Made by a program: the position numbers and the translations under genes. The notes beneath the pieces are model-generated. The model was not told where the DNA came from. It saw only the letters and a program-made list of their open reading frames with translations, and ran no database searches. Positions 38,731 through 49,574 of a stretch of 64,000 nucleotides of DNA are shown here, piece by piece (positions within the stretch are counted from its first letter, which is position 1; each line of letters opens with the position of its first letter). Location: contig CAWHWX010000001.1 of the NCBI GenBank assembly GCA_963833125.1, forward strand, positions 320,001 to 384,000. The letters run 5' to 3'. Origin of the DNA: Candidatus Bathyarchaeota archaeon. GTDB taxonomy: Archaea; Thermoproteota; Bathyarchaeia; 40CM-2-53-6.

Positions 38731-39815
38731 TTGTTGCCCCCTTGTTGCTTTTCTTCTCGCAGCTGTCTCAACTGTTCTTCGAGATGCCACGGCATTTCGG
38801 CGTACACATCGGTGAATAGGGTTTCGAGGGCTGGTTTCGGTAATTTCTCAGCGTGTTGAACCGCCTGTTCTATCTCGCGGTTTGTCTCATCCTGTGTCTT
38901 CTTTTCGTCTGCCTCGCTCCAAATTCCCTTTCTTTCTAGATACTTTCGGAACCGTACTAGCGGGTCCCGTTTCTGCCATTCTTCTAATTCTTGATCTGTC
39001 CTGTAGCGTTTTGGATCATCCGAAGATGAATGTGCGCCCATGCGGTAAGTAACGGCTTCTATGAGAGTTGGGCCTCCTCCCTTCCGAGCTTTTTCAACCG
39101 CCTCCTTTGTGGTTCGATAGACAGCGAGAATATCGTTCCCATCGACGCGAACACCTTCGAACCCGTAAGCCTGCGCCTTAATCGCTATGGTCTCGGAAGC
39201 GGTCTGTCGTTCAACCGGTAGGGAAATGGCCCAATGATTGTTCAAACAGAAGAGTATCGTAGGAGTCTTGTATACACCCGCGAAATTCATGCCTGCGTGA
39301 AAATCATTTTCGGATGTCGCTCCATCTCCGAAATAAGTTAGCGTCACAATCTGATCTCCTCGTAGCTTGGCTGCGAGGGCGGCGCCAACTGCGTGCGGAA
39401 TTTGTGTGGCTATCGGCGCGGATCCTGTAACATAGTTAAGGGTCTTGACACCGAGGAGATTCGTCAGTTGTCGACCTTTCTGAAGGTCTTCAGCGTTAGC
39501 GAAGTATTGGTCGAGGAGCTGAGTAAGTGTGATGCCACGTAGAAGCATTGAACCTACTTCTCTGTATGCAGGGAAAACCCAATCTTCCGGCTTCAGAGCA
39601 TAGGCGCTTCCAATATGCGCTGCTTCCTGCCCCAAACAGCCGATGTAGAAGCCTATTCGTCCCTGCCGCTGCAACTGTAACCCACGAGTGTCCAGATTTC
39701 TCGTTAGAACCATGACACGGTAGAGCCGCCGCAGTTCGTCTTTGGGGATTTCTGGCTCCATGTTCGCAATTGACTCACCGCTAGGCTTGATGACCTGCAG
39801 TAACTCGAGAGTCAA
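38727..39815 (-). CDS. 2-oxoacid dehydrogenase E1 alpha subunit
   Basis: RQGRIGFY, GDGATSE...NN TPP motif, HSSSDDP. Confidence 0.93.
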   Translation of the reverse strand: MTLELLQVIKPSGESIANMEPEIPKDELRRLYRVMVLTRNLDTRGLQLQRQGRIGFYIGCLGQEAAHIGSAYALKPEDWVFPAYREVGSMLLRGITLTQLLDQYFANAEDLQKGRQLTNLLGVKTLNYVTGSAPIATQIPHAVGAALAAKLRGDQIVTLTYFGDGATSENDFHAGMNFAGVYKTPTILFCLNNHWAISLPVERQTASETIAIKAQAYGFEGVRVDGNDILAVYRTTKEAVEKARKGGGPTLIEAVTYRMGAHSSSDDPKRYRTDQELEEWQKRDPLVRFRKYLERKGIWSEADEKKTQDETNREIEQAVQHAEKLPKPALETLFTDVYAEMPWHLEEQLRQLREEKQQGGNN

Positions 39816-39930
39816 ACCTTAACCCTCATGGAGGTTGCGTGAAACGAAGGCAGAGCCGAACTAGGGCTTGTAAAGCTTGCCCTTTGAGCCAGATTCTTCC
39901 AGTACCAGCTTGCTTCAAGACTGTCAAAGA

Positions 39931-40864
39931 TCAGCTTATGATTCCCATTTTCTTCTTACGAATCAGCGCTTCGACGAAGAACTCCCCAGCCCTGTATGAG
40001 CTTCTAACGAACGGGCCGGAGGCCACGTACAAAAATCCTAGGTTGTCAGCGAGGCGTTTGTAATGTTCGAACGTTTCCGGGCTGACGTATTCGCTTACTG
40101 GAATATGGCCCTTCGACGGTCGAAGGTACTGTCCAAGGGTTAGGATATCTACCTCTGCTCGCCTCAAGTCCTCCATCGTCTTGACGATATCACTCTCAAT
40201 CTCACCCAAGCCAAGCATGATAGATGATTTCGAGTATACTGAAGACCCGACTTCCTTGATGTGCTTGAGAACTCGAAGTGACTGGTCGTAGGTTGCTCTT
40301 GGATCTCGCACATTCGGTGTTAGCGTTTCAGTAGTTTCTATATTATGTGCGATGACTTCCGGTCCCGCTTCGATGACTTTGTCTATGTCTGCAAAGTTGC
40401 CCTGGAAGTCAGGTATGAGGACCTCCGTTATTACATCAGGATCTCGTAGTTTGATGGCTTTGATGGTGGATGCAAAGTGTTCTGACACCGCCGTCCGGAA
40501 TATCGTCTCTATCAACCGAGGTTATCACGACATACCTCAATCCCAAGTCCGCTATGGCTTCCGCGACCTTCACGGGTTCAAAGACATCCAACATCGCACG
40601 TGGGTTTCCTGTCTTAACCATGCAGAAACGACAGCCACGTGTACAAGTATCACCCATGAGCATGAATGTGGCTGTTCCTCCTCCCCAACATTCGGCTACG
40701 TTAGGACAGTGCGCCTCCTCACAGACTGTGTGGAGGTTGTGGCTCCGAAGCACGCCCTTGATTTTCTCGTAATTGTCTCCCGTTGGATATCTCACACGTA
40801 ACCAACCAGGCTTCGATACTGGAGAGGCTTCTTGGACCTGTAGGACGTGTGAGTATCTTGGCAT
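39931..40864 (-). CDS. lipA: Lipoyl synthase, one frameshift near 40485
   Basis: [25 protein letters not shown]. Confidence 0.92.
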
Positions 40865-41071
40865 TGAAGACCCAGGTTTAGTCAAACCAGTAATGTTCCG
40901 CGCATTTGGCTTTTGCTTTGCTGAATAACTCACTAACGTGTTTACCAAAATGTGGATATAGAATAGTGCTCAATCGAGAGCGTATTACAGGGTTAATTCA
41001 CTCATCTCTCTCCGTTATGTGAAAAAGAACGACAACCTGTGCTTGAACGAACCTGTTAGCGAAGTAGAACT

Positions 41072-42380
41072 ATGAATCCCAGAGAAGTGGAGCATGAAGT
41101 GGAGAAACCGAATCAGGTTCCAGGCCTTCGAAAAGCTATCCGATTGAGAAATGCTGTTGCCCTGTACGCGAGTTCAGTTCTAGGGTCTGGTGTACTGGTG
41201 CTTCCCGGGTTGGCGGCCCAGATCGCGGGGCCAGGATCCATTCTCGCGTGGGCTTTGCTTTCCGTTGCAAGTTACCCCTTTGCGTACACATTTGCTTCCT
41301 TGTCTGCTAGGCGACCGGAATCTGGAGGCGTCTATTCGTTCGCAAAGGAGGGTTTTGGGTTTCGAGCCGGTGCAGTTGTTGCTTGGCTTTTCATTTTCTG
41401 GGTTGTTACGGGGGCGCCCGCGGTCACTCTAATTGCGGCTTCCTATCTAGGCTACGCTTTTCCATTGAGCCGAGCGGAGACGTACCTTATCGCTTTCGGG
41501 ATTATTCTTGCAGCGTTTGCGATTAACTATAGAGGGATAGTTGTTAGCAACAAGGTTCAGTTTGGTGTTATTGCAGCCATTGTGGCACTTCTTCTAGCGA
41601 CTATAGTCGCCTCAACATTCTTTGTACGAATGCAGAACTTTACCCCGTTCCTTCCGAACGGCATCCTCGCGGTGGGCACGGCTGCTGCGTTAATCTTCTG
41701 GTCCTACCTGGGATACGAGAACACTTCGAATGTGGCTGAAGAGTTCGAAAATCCAGAGAAGGACTTTCATCGTAGCATCATTCTAAGCGTGGTCGTTATC
41801 AGCGTTCTCTATTTGGCCGTCGCCTTTGTAACGATCGGGACTCGAGCGTACGAAGCGGGAGGGAGCGTCGCGCCATTCGCTGCGATTCTCTCGAATGTGC
41901 TGGGAAGGTATGGAGCTGAAGGAACAGGACTTCTCGCGGTGTTCATAATATTCGGAACCGCTAACGCCTATACAACAGGCGTGTCGAGGTTGGTGTTTGC
42001 CGCGGCAAGAGACGGTGGAATCCCCCGAGTCCTGGATCACTTGAATAGCAAGACTAGGGTTCCGGATCGGGTTCTGTTAGCACTCCTGAGCAGCTATGCC
42101 CTCGTGCTGATAACATATTATTTTTCTAAGGTTGATTTAGAAACGGCCCTCCTAATTCCGAGCGGCGCAGCCATTTTAGTTTACGTGATCGGCTCGGCGG
42201 CGGGCGGCGAAGATACTTGCTCGAGATTATAGAGGTAGTCGGAGAAAGGTGATTTTTCCTTTGGTTTCTCTTGTAATCTCACTCATAATTTTGCCTTTCA
42301 TTGGGCCATTGATTTTTGCAAGCCTGATTGTTGTCGCGGCTGCTTTCGTTTATGTCTCTGTGATTAGGAGGGGGGCTTAG
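41072..42380 (+). CDS. Amino acid permease (APC), frameshift near 42205
   Basis: LGSGVLVLP, PESGG, GYE..AEE; the alternative frame supplies the last TMs up to stop 42380. Confidence 0.88.
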
Positions 42381-42688
42381 ATTTTGAATCCGAAAGCTGA
42401 TGCGAAGGATTCGACTCTTCGGAAATTATTAAGAAACTCAGTGCCTTTCTGGGTTAAGCTGTAGATCTTATCGTCCGTTCCAGTTTCTTGTATTACTCCT
42501 AAGGCTTCTAGTTCTTCGAGGTATTTGACGAGTCGATCGTGGGAAAGGTTTGCTCCGTAGAGGATCCTCGTGGGTTTCGCTTGGTTGCTTTCGCGCTGAA
42601 TGACGTACATTACGTCCACATAGATGCGCAGTTGTGAACGATATTTTGCAGTAGGCTTAGCAGGTTGCCCCTGCGTGTCCAGGGTCAT
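42377..42688 (-). CDS. Archaeal winged-helix transcription regulator
   Basis: YRSQLRIYVDVM..PTRILYGANLS..YSLTQKG. Confidence 0.85.
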   Translation of the reverse strand: MTLDTQGQPAKPTAKYRSQLRIYVDVMYVIQRESNQAKPTRILYGANLSHDRLVKYLEELEALGVIQETGTDDKIYSLTQKGTEFLNNFRRVESFASAFGFKI

Positions 42689-43308
42689 GCGGGATGATTC
42701 ACCCTAAGCAGCATGGCCAAGAGTAGAAGGAAACCGAACAATTGTGCGATCTGCGCGATCGGGAAGAAGAGGGGGGCTACGGTGAAAAGTAGAAAGAATA
42801 CATGGGCTACTGAGAGCGAGGCAAAGGCACCGAAGACCAGCATTGAATTCGTGTTCTTGTTGATGCTATAATTAATCCCGGTTTGAGTAGCGATGTAGAC
42901 TAAGAGAAAGATTAGGATAAGTTCCGTTACCGCGTTGCGTTCGAAGAACAATACTGGAACAGCTGCCAACACCTCTGTCGCAGCGGTTACATTCCTAGCC
43001 TGATGAACATACGCGTACACTAGGAGCCCGTAGGCAATGAGTTGCGCGATGAAATTGATCGTGTAGCCGATACCAAAAAGATAGAAAAATTCTCTATGAA
43101 GACGAGCGAGGAGAACGATTAGGCCGGAGAGTCCGTCGATCAGTAAGCCGGCGCCGATTAGGACGAAGCTCAGGTTGAGGTAGAGAAGGGTTTTCTCTTT
43201 CGATAATTTGTAGGCTTTCAGGGCTTGATAGGCGACAGCGATCGCGATGACGAACGCTATGAACTCCATCATGGAGCCGAAACCAAAGAACCAGGAAAGA
43301 CCAACCAT
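42685..43308 (-). CDS. Polytopic (6-7 TM) membrane protein
   Basis: Hydrophobic helices throughout; stop overlaps the wHTH start. Confidence 0.8.
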   Translation of the reverse strand: MVGLSWFFGFGSMMEFIAFVIAIAVAYQALKAYKLSKEKTLLYLNLSFVLIGAGLLIDGLSGLIVLLARLHREFFYLFGIGYTINFIAQLIAYGLLVYAYVHQARNVTAATEVLAAVPVLFFERNAVTELILIFLLVYIATQTGINYSINKNTNSMLVFGAFASLSVAHVFFLLFTVAPLFFPIAQIAQLFGFLLLLAMLLRVNHPA

Positions 43309-43429
43309 TAGGACTTCAGACCCTACTGGTCTTTACCAGAGTTGGCGTACTTTTCAGCGTTGTGCACTAATCGTACATCGAAAATCTCCTCTCACTGAAC
43401 GAGAGGATTCCTGTGAGGGATTGGATGGT

Positions 43430-43591
43430 TTATGCTGTGGCGAGTTGTACAAGTTTACCGTTCGTGAAGAAACCTTTGAGCCCGCATTCCTCGCATCGGG
43501 CTCCCAGCTGAAGGTCGGACCCCTCATCGTAGTAAACGTCTAACGTCTTTTGCCCGCACCTTGGGCACACATCGCCTTCGACCTTATCCAT
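43430..43591 (-). CDS. 53-aa CPxCG zinc-ribbon microprotein (not in ORF track)
   Basis: MDKVEGDVCPRCGQKTLDVYYDEGSDLQLGARCEECGLKGFFTNGKLVQLATA. Confidence 0.75.
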   Translation of the reverse strand: MDKVEGDVCPRCGQKTLDVYYDEGSDLQLGARCEECGLKGFFTNGKLVQLATA

Positions 43592-43788
43592 CACTAACCA
43601 AGAAGTTTACACATACACGACCATATAGGCTTGAGAGATGACTGAAAATAACAATAATCAGCCTAAAAGGCGACTTTCCTTCCCCTTCGGAGGGGTGAAA
43701 ACTCAAACAGTATGGGACTAGGAACCTATGCTTGTTTGAGGAGTTAGGGCGTAGTCGCAGCCGTTGCAGCTTTTCGCGGGTTTGTATC

Positions 43789-45022
43789 TTATGCTGGTAG
43801 CATGAGGAGTGGGGTTTCTTCTTTTGTCACTTCATTCCATTGAAACCCGAGTTCAGTGAAGGCTTTCATGATTGGGTCGGGGGCTAATGCTTCGGGTGGA
43901 AACACTCCTTTTTCTTTAATCTGTCCGCGAGCCAGTAGAGTGGCTGCGGTGGCTGTTGGAAGCGCTGTCTGCAACGCAGTCGCAGTAACGCCGTAGTACG
44001 CGTAGGCTTCTGTGTGGCTCATGATGTTGTAGATGTAGTGGCTGTATCTCTTTCCAGCTTTTTCGCCGATTACCATGGTGCCAACACAGGTGTACCCGTC
44101 GGTTCCACTTTGAAGTCGATGGTCTACTGGGGAGGGCATGCAGGCGGTTACAACGTCGCGGGGTGCCACTTCCATTCCTTTTACGTTGATTGGGGAGGGG
44201 CTTGCTAGGCCTAGTTTCTTGAGAACTCGCATCGTCTCCACTGTCTCGTTGCTGAGAGATATCATGAAGTTGCATTCGTTGCATTTTATGAAGCGGGCTA
44301 GTGTTTGTGGTTCTTCGTGGTCCACTGCCCAAACGCGCAACTTACCTATTGGCGCCGGGAAGTCCCATTCCTCACTTCTCGTGAGCGAGGGTAATCTTTC
44401 GTAGTGGCCGTTGGTCCAGACAAGGGCGTCGGCGTAGGCAACTTCTTCTATGAACGTGTCGGGTGACCATAGGGATACTAGTCCGTCGAAGCCGCCGGTT
44501 CTGGCGTTGTCCCCGTCTCTAATCAGGATCCGATCTACGGAATCTAGGTGGTTTGAAGCATATCGTGCAAATACATTTGCGGCGCCTGGGTCGGCACCCC
44601 AGCAGACCATGGCAGCGAGGCCTGCGCTCTTCCATGCATCAGCTTGTTCGAATTGGTAGTCGTAGGGTACTTTGTTGATTCTGTCTCCAGCCCTTGAGTT
44701 CGCTACGTCGATGTCGGTGGCCATGTCGATGTAGTTCGCGCCGCTCTCGAGGCTTGCTTTCATGATTTTGAGGAAGAAGCGTGGGAGTGTGGCGTTTATC
44801 ACGAGATCAACGCCCTTCATTGCTTTCTTCATATCGGCAATGTTGTTGGCGTTCATGGCGATTGGGGTCATTTTGCAGGGGCCAGACTGCATTCGCCGCT
44901 ACTAGTTGCGCTGTTTCCTGTTTTAGGTCGGCGAGAATGATTTCTTCGAACTCTGGACGGGATTGCAAGATTCGGCCGATGACGGAGCCTATCGCGCCTG
45001 ATCCAACTACTAGCACCTTCAT
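43789..45022 (-). CDS. Saccharopine dehydrogenase / carboxy(nor)spermidine synthase family oxidoreductase, frameshift near 44893
   Basis: VVGSGAIG, NYIDMA, GADPG, WSPDTFIEE, DHEE, GVFPPE. Confidence 0.85.
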
Positions 45023-45585
45023 CGCGAATCTACCTCCAGATACTTCCTCTACCATTCTTTACCGTATTCCACCATATAGGTTAATCCTACGGTATTCTTG
45101 TTCGTTTTCTGGGTTTTCTTGACTAAAAACTGCGATTTTCGAGCCAAAACCGGGCCCTAAACAACTAAGAACCCAAATTCAACCATTTCTTGAATTATTC
45201 AAATAATTATTTAACCTAAAGGCAACTACAACCCATCGAACCATCTGCCCAAATCATGAACACACCTGCTCCACCCCCCCGGTAACATGTTGTACCCAGA
45301 AAACTACACCACATATTCAATCCCACATTCGAACGTACGCACACACAACAGCAAACCCGAAACGAGTCATCCTTGTCGGAGACACACACGACCCAAACGC
45401 AGCAAAGTAACATGTTCTCCCCACAAATTACACCACCCCCCCGGGACTATGGAAGCACCAAGTTCGCCTCACAAGCCTGAAGCGACAAGAACCATCCTGC
45501 ATTCGACGTTGAATTTGCGAATCTAACGAAGTTACTGATTTTTCGCTGCACCGGATGGAATATTATTATCAGCACTCAAACCTTT

Positions 45586-46602
45586 GTGGGGTTGACGCAA
45601 TCGGGTGAGGCCGCCGATCGAGATCTTCTGAAGGTTAACGATCTCACCCTAGACTACGCGACTGTCGACCAAAGAGTACGAGTACTCCAAAACGTCTCAT
45701 TGCATGTGAAGAAAGGAGAGATACTGGGCGTTGTGGGCGAAAGCGGATCAGGGAAAACAACGCTCGGGTTATCGATTATTCGTCTCCTAGACTCGCCGCC
45801 CGCGGATATCATCGGTGGTTCCATAACATTCGAAGAGAAAGACCTCCTCAAACTGAATCCTACCGAACTCTCACAATTCAGAGGCCCAGGAATAGGAATG
45901 GTGTTCCAAGAATCCCTAGCAGCACTAAATCCAGTTTACAGAACTGATTCACAGCTCAAAGAATCGATTCAAGTTCTCCGAAGAGCTCAGAACCTAACTC
46001 TTTCAGCAAAAGACGAAAACAAAATGATGGTAGAGATCCTGAAAGATTTGCGCCTCGACAAACCTGAATGGGTCCTGAAGAAATATCCCCACGAGCTTTC
46101 CGGTGGGATGAGGCAACGGGTCTCAATTGCAATGGCCATCGTGGAGAAGCCGAAGCTTCTGATATTGGATGAAGTCACTACTGGACTTGACGTGTATGTT
46201 CAGAATAGAATACTGAACATTCTGAAGGATTTGAATCGGCGAACAGGAACCGCTATGATGTTCATAACCCACGACCTGATGGTCGCTTCACAGATTTGTG
46301 ATAGATTGTACGTGATGTATGCGGGGAGGGTAATGGAGGAGGGCAGCACGGAGCGTATATTGAATGCGCCTGCGCACCCTTACACTCAGAAACTTTTCGC
46401 CGCGATACCGCAGGGGTTTGTAGATTCTCCCCCTCTTCCCGCTCCCATAGGTGAAGCGCCAGATCTAAAGAGCCTGCCCGCTGGCTGCAAATTCCATCCT
46501 AGATGCCCATTCGTGATGGAGAAATGCAAAGAGAGTGAGCCGCCGTTTTTTGAGACCGATGATAATCGAAGCGTCTTATGCTGGTTGCTAGAGAAGAAAT
46601 GA
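45586..46602 (+). CDS. Peptide/nickel ABC transporter ATPase (DppD/OppD)
   Basis: GESGSGKT, LSGGMRQR, GCKFHPRCP. Confidence 0.93.
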   Translation: MGLTQSGEAADRDLLKVNDLTLDYATVDQRVRVLQNVSLHVKKGEILGVVGESGSGKTTLGLSIIRLLDSPPADIIGGSITFEEKDLLKLNPTELSQFRGPGIGMVFQESLAALNPVYRTDSQLKESIQVLRRAQNLTLSAKDENKMMVEILKDLRLDKPEWVLKKYPHELSGGMRQRVSIAMAIVEKPKLLILDEVTTGLDVYVQNRILNILKDLNRRTGTAMMFITHDLMVASQICDRLYVMYAGRVMEEGSTERILNAPAHPYTQKLFAAIPQGFVDSPPLPAPIGEAPDLKSLPAGCKFHPRCPFVMEKCKESEPPFFETDDNRSVLCWLLEKK

Positions 46603-47567
46603 GCAACATCGTCGAAGTAAACAACCTCACGGTTTCCTTCATCGTTAGGGGAGGAAACCTATTGCTGTTCGAGAGAGGATCCGGAATGATGAACGTAGTT
46701 AACGACGTCACTTTCAATGTAAGGGAAGGTGAAACTTTTGGCTTAGCCGGTGAGACCGGATCTGGAAAATCAATAATAGCTTGGGTTCTCGTTGGCCTAT
46801 TCAAGCCGAGGTCTGGGTCCGTCAAGTTACTCGGTAAGGAGATAAACTTCCGAAAGAAAGCGGACGTGACCTACCTTAGGCGAAATGTCGGAATCGTCTT
46901 TCAAGATCCAGTCGGTTCGCTAAACCCGCGTTTACGTGTTAAGGACATCATAGAGGAGGCCCTAGTGGCCGCTAGAACCTTCAACCGACGAGATTATGAT
47001 AGCAGAATCGAAGAGACGATTGATTTAGTTGGATTGAGAAAGAGCTGCCTCGAGGCATATCCGAGGGAGCTCAGCGGTGGCGAGAAACAGAGAGTCAGCC
47101 TTGCTAGAGCTATTGCGGTGCCGAGAAAAATGTTGGTGCTCGACGAACCCACTAGTTCATTGGACGTATCGGTCCAGGCCCAAGTTTTGAACACATTGAA
47201 AGAATTGAAGTCAAAGTTGCATCTCTCCTACTTCTTCATAACTCATGACATCAACGTCATGAAGTACATGAGCGACTCGCTCGGTATCCTCTATTATGGA
47301 AAGCTCCTGGAAGTAGGACCGACCTATGATGTTGTGACAAATCCTCAGCATCCGTTCACGGTGAGGCTGATGTCAAACGTCCCCGGAGTCAGGCGCGGTG
47401 AACTTCGGCAGGAGGAAGATGGAGGGGAGCGTGGATCATCACCGACCGGATGTGTGTACAGTAAGGTATGCCCGCACGTCTTTGAAAGATGCAGTAATTC
47501 TCCACCAATGTTCGAGTCAGGTTCCGGACATTTTGCCTCTTGCTTCCTTCTCGACAAGAGTAGTTAA
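46599..47567 (+). CDS. Peptide/nickel ABC transporter ATPase (DppF/OppF)
   Basis: GETGSGKS, LSGGEKQR, DEPTSSLD. Confidence 0.93.
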   Translation: MSNIVEVNNLTVSFIVRGGNLLLFERGSGMMNVVNDVTFNVREGETFGLAGETGSGKSIIAWVLVGLFKPRSGSVKLLGKEINFRKKADVTYLRRNVGIVFQDPVGSLNPRLRVKDIIEEALVAARTFNRRDYDSRIEETIDLVGLRKSCLEAYPRELSGGEKQRVSLARAIAVPRKMLVLDEPTSSLDVSVQAQVLNTLKELKSKLHLSYFFITHDINVMKYMSDSLGILYYGKLLEVGPTYDVVTNPQHPFTVRLMSNVPGVRRGELRQEEDGGERGSSPTGCVYSKVCPHVFERCSNSPPMFESGSGHFASCFLLDKSS

Positions 47568-47585
47568 CGCGTTACGGTTAGGGAA

Positions 47586-48563
47586 TTAGTTTGAGGCTTG
47601 CTGTGGGGATGTTCGTTGCTTTGCTAGTTCCTGTTTGAGAATTTCGGGCGCTTTTCCGAATACTCTTCCTTCGAAGAGGATGTAGGGTCTGACTTTCACG
47701 TCGGATGCTTCTCTGGCACCTTCGCCTAGGAAACTGAAGCCAACGACGAGAAGCATTGTGATGAAAGCCGGGAAAAGAGCCTGCCACGGGTAACTGTAAA
47801 GACCATAACTGATCGAACCTACCATTATCCCAAGCTCTGGAGTATTTGGTGGAATCCCAATCCCCAAGAAACCCAGTATGGATACTTCAAGCAGAGCCGT
47901 TCCGATATCGAGAGTTGCGTATGTTAGAACGGCCGGCAATATGTTTGGGAGAATACCTTTCAGGATTATGTGAGTGAACGATGAGTTCAATGCTTTCGAG
48001 ATTGAAATGAAATCTTCCGCAACAACCTCCAAAACGCCCCCCCTCACTAGCCTCACATAGGGTGGCCACCAAACGAACACGAACGCCAGCATTGCGTTGA
48101 CCAAACCTGCTCCTAACGTCGCGGCCACCGCTAACACCATAATGATCGTCGGAAAGGCCAAGAAGAGGTCGGTAATTCGCATGATGACCTCATCCACGAG
48201 GCCTCCCAAGTAGCCCGCCGCCATACCGAGAAATATTCCCAGCACAGACGAGAGTAGAACTATCGCGATTGGCAAACCCAAGTCAATGGGCAAGGCGGCT
48301 ATGACTCGAGAGAATATGTCTCTACCCTGAAAGTCCGTGCCAAAGAAATGGGCCAAGCTCGGCGGCAGATTGGATTCCTGAAGGTTCAGTGCGTATGGGC
48401 TGTAAGGAGTGATCCGCCCGCCAAAAATCGTGAAAGCTACAGCTAGACTCACGGATATGATTACGATGGTCAATCCAAAGGTTGAGAGCCGGTTGGATAG
48501 GACCAGTTGCCTGAACTTAAATGACTGCGCCGTTGTGACCACCAATTCCGATTCTAGGATCAA
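47586..48563 (-). CDS. Peptide ABC permease (DppC/OppC)
   Basis: HFFGTDFQGRDIFSR, LGFLGIG. Confidence 0.9.
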   Translation of the reverse strand: MILESELVVTTAQSFKFRQLVLSNRLSTFGLTIVIISVSLAVAFTIFGGRITPYSPYALNLQESNLPPSLAHFFGTDFQGRDIFSRVIAALPIDLGLPIAIVLLSSVLGIFLGMAAGYLGGLVDEVIMRITDLFLAFPTIIMVLAVAATLGAGLVNAMLAFVFVWWPPYVRLVRGGVLEVVAEDFISISKALNSSFTHIILKGILPNILPAVLTYATLDIGTALLEVSILGFLGIGIPPNTPELGIMVGSISYGLYSYPWQALFPAFITMLLVVGFSFLGEGAREASDVKVRPYILFEGRVFGKAPEILKQELAKQRTSPQQASN

Positions 48564-49574
48564 GAAGCGAGTAGGCTACATCCGCGACGAAATTAGCCAC
48601 AATTACCCCAAGAGTGAATACTACTACGATTGGAATCAGGACAGGATAATCGCTGCTGAAAATTGCCTGGTAAGCGAATTGACCTAAACCAGGCCACGCG
48701 AACAACTCCTCAACTACTAAAGTGCTAGTTAAGACCCAACCGAAAATTACAGCACTAAGGCTAGTCGCGTCAATCAAAGCATTCCGTAGAATATGCTTAC
48801 GCCTAACTTCATTTTCACTCAACCCCTTTGCCCGTGCAGTCTTCACGTGCGTTGACCATCGAACATTTAGAATGGAAGATCGAACCGCTCTGGAAATTAG
48901 CCCAAAATTCACGAAGGCAAGAGCCGCGGCTGGAAGAATCAAATGTTGAAGTCCCGACAAAAACGCGGACATGTTGAGTGCTAGAAGTGCGTCGATTAGG
49001 AAAATGCCTGTCACGGGTTGGGGTGGCGTGATAGATAATGAGTACATACCGCCTGACGGGAATATTGGGATGTAGTTTGCGAATACAAGGATGGCCACGA
49101 TTGCTGCCAGGTACATTGGCGTTGACCAAGAAACCAAGTAGGCTATTCTTGCAATTGAGTCTCCAAGTGTACTGAAGTGCATTCCCTGCAAAGTACCCTA
49201 CGGCTACTCCTACTATGACGAGGATGACGAATGAGAAGAGCACTAGCTCAAGGGTGTTCGGAAGGTAGAATCGAATTTCGGAGAGAATCGTTTGACCAGT
49301 TAGCGGGTCGATGCCGAAGTTTCCGGTGAAAAGGTCTCGCATGAAGTAATAATATTGAGAGTACAGCGGCTCATTCAAGTGGTATCTTGCTGTCACTGCA
49401 AGAATCGTGGACTCACGGGCTCTCGGGCCCGCCCACAGTCGTGCCGGGTCGGGGTTGAGTATGTGCGAGATGAAGAAAATGATGGTAACGGTTCCTATGG
49501 ATACGAGTATCGAGCCTACTATTCTTCTTCCAAGAACTGGAAGAAAATCTTTGAAGTAGACCAGAACGGGTCAT
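48517..49574 (-). CDS. Peptide ABC permease (DppB/OppB), frameshifted
   Basis: DPARLWAG, ARAKGL..KHILRNA, FAWPGLG. Confidence 0.85.

Noticed and set aside
43600-43788. RNase P RNA or other ncRNA (AAGGAAAGTCG on - strand; CCCCT-TCGG-AGGGG hairpin)
   Set aside because: Other conserved RNase P regions are absent and the downstream sequence is a protein-coding microgene; likely a local hairpin
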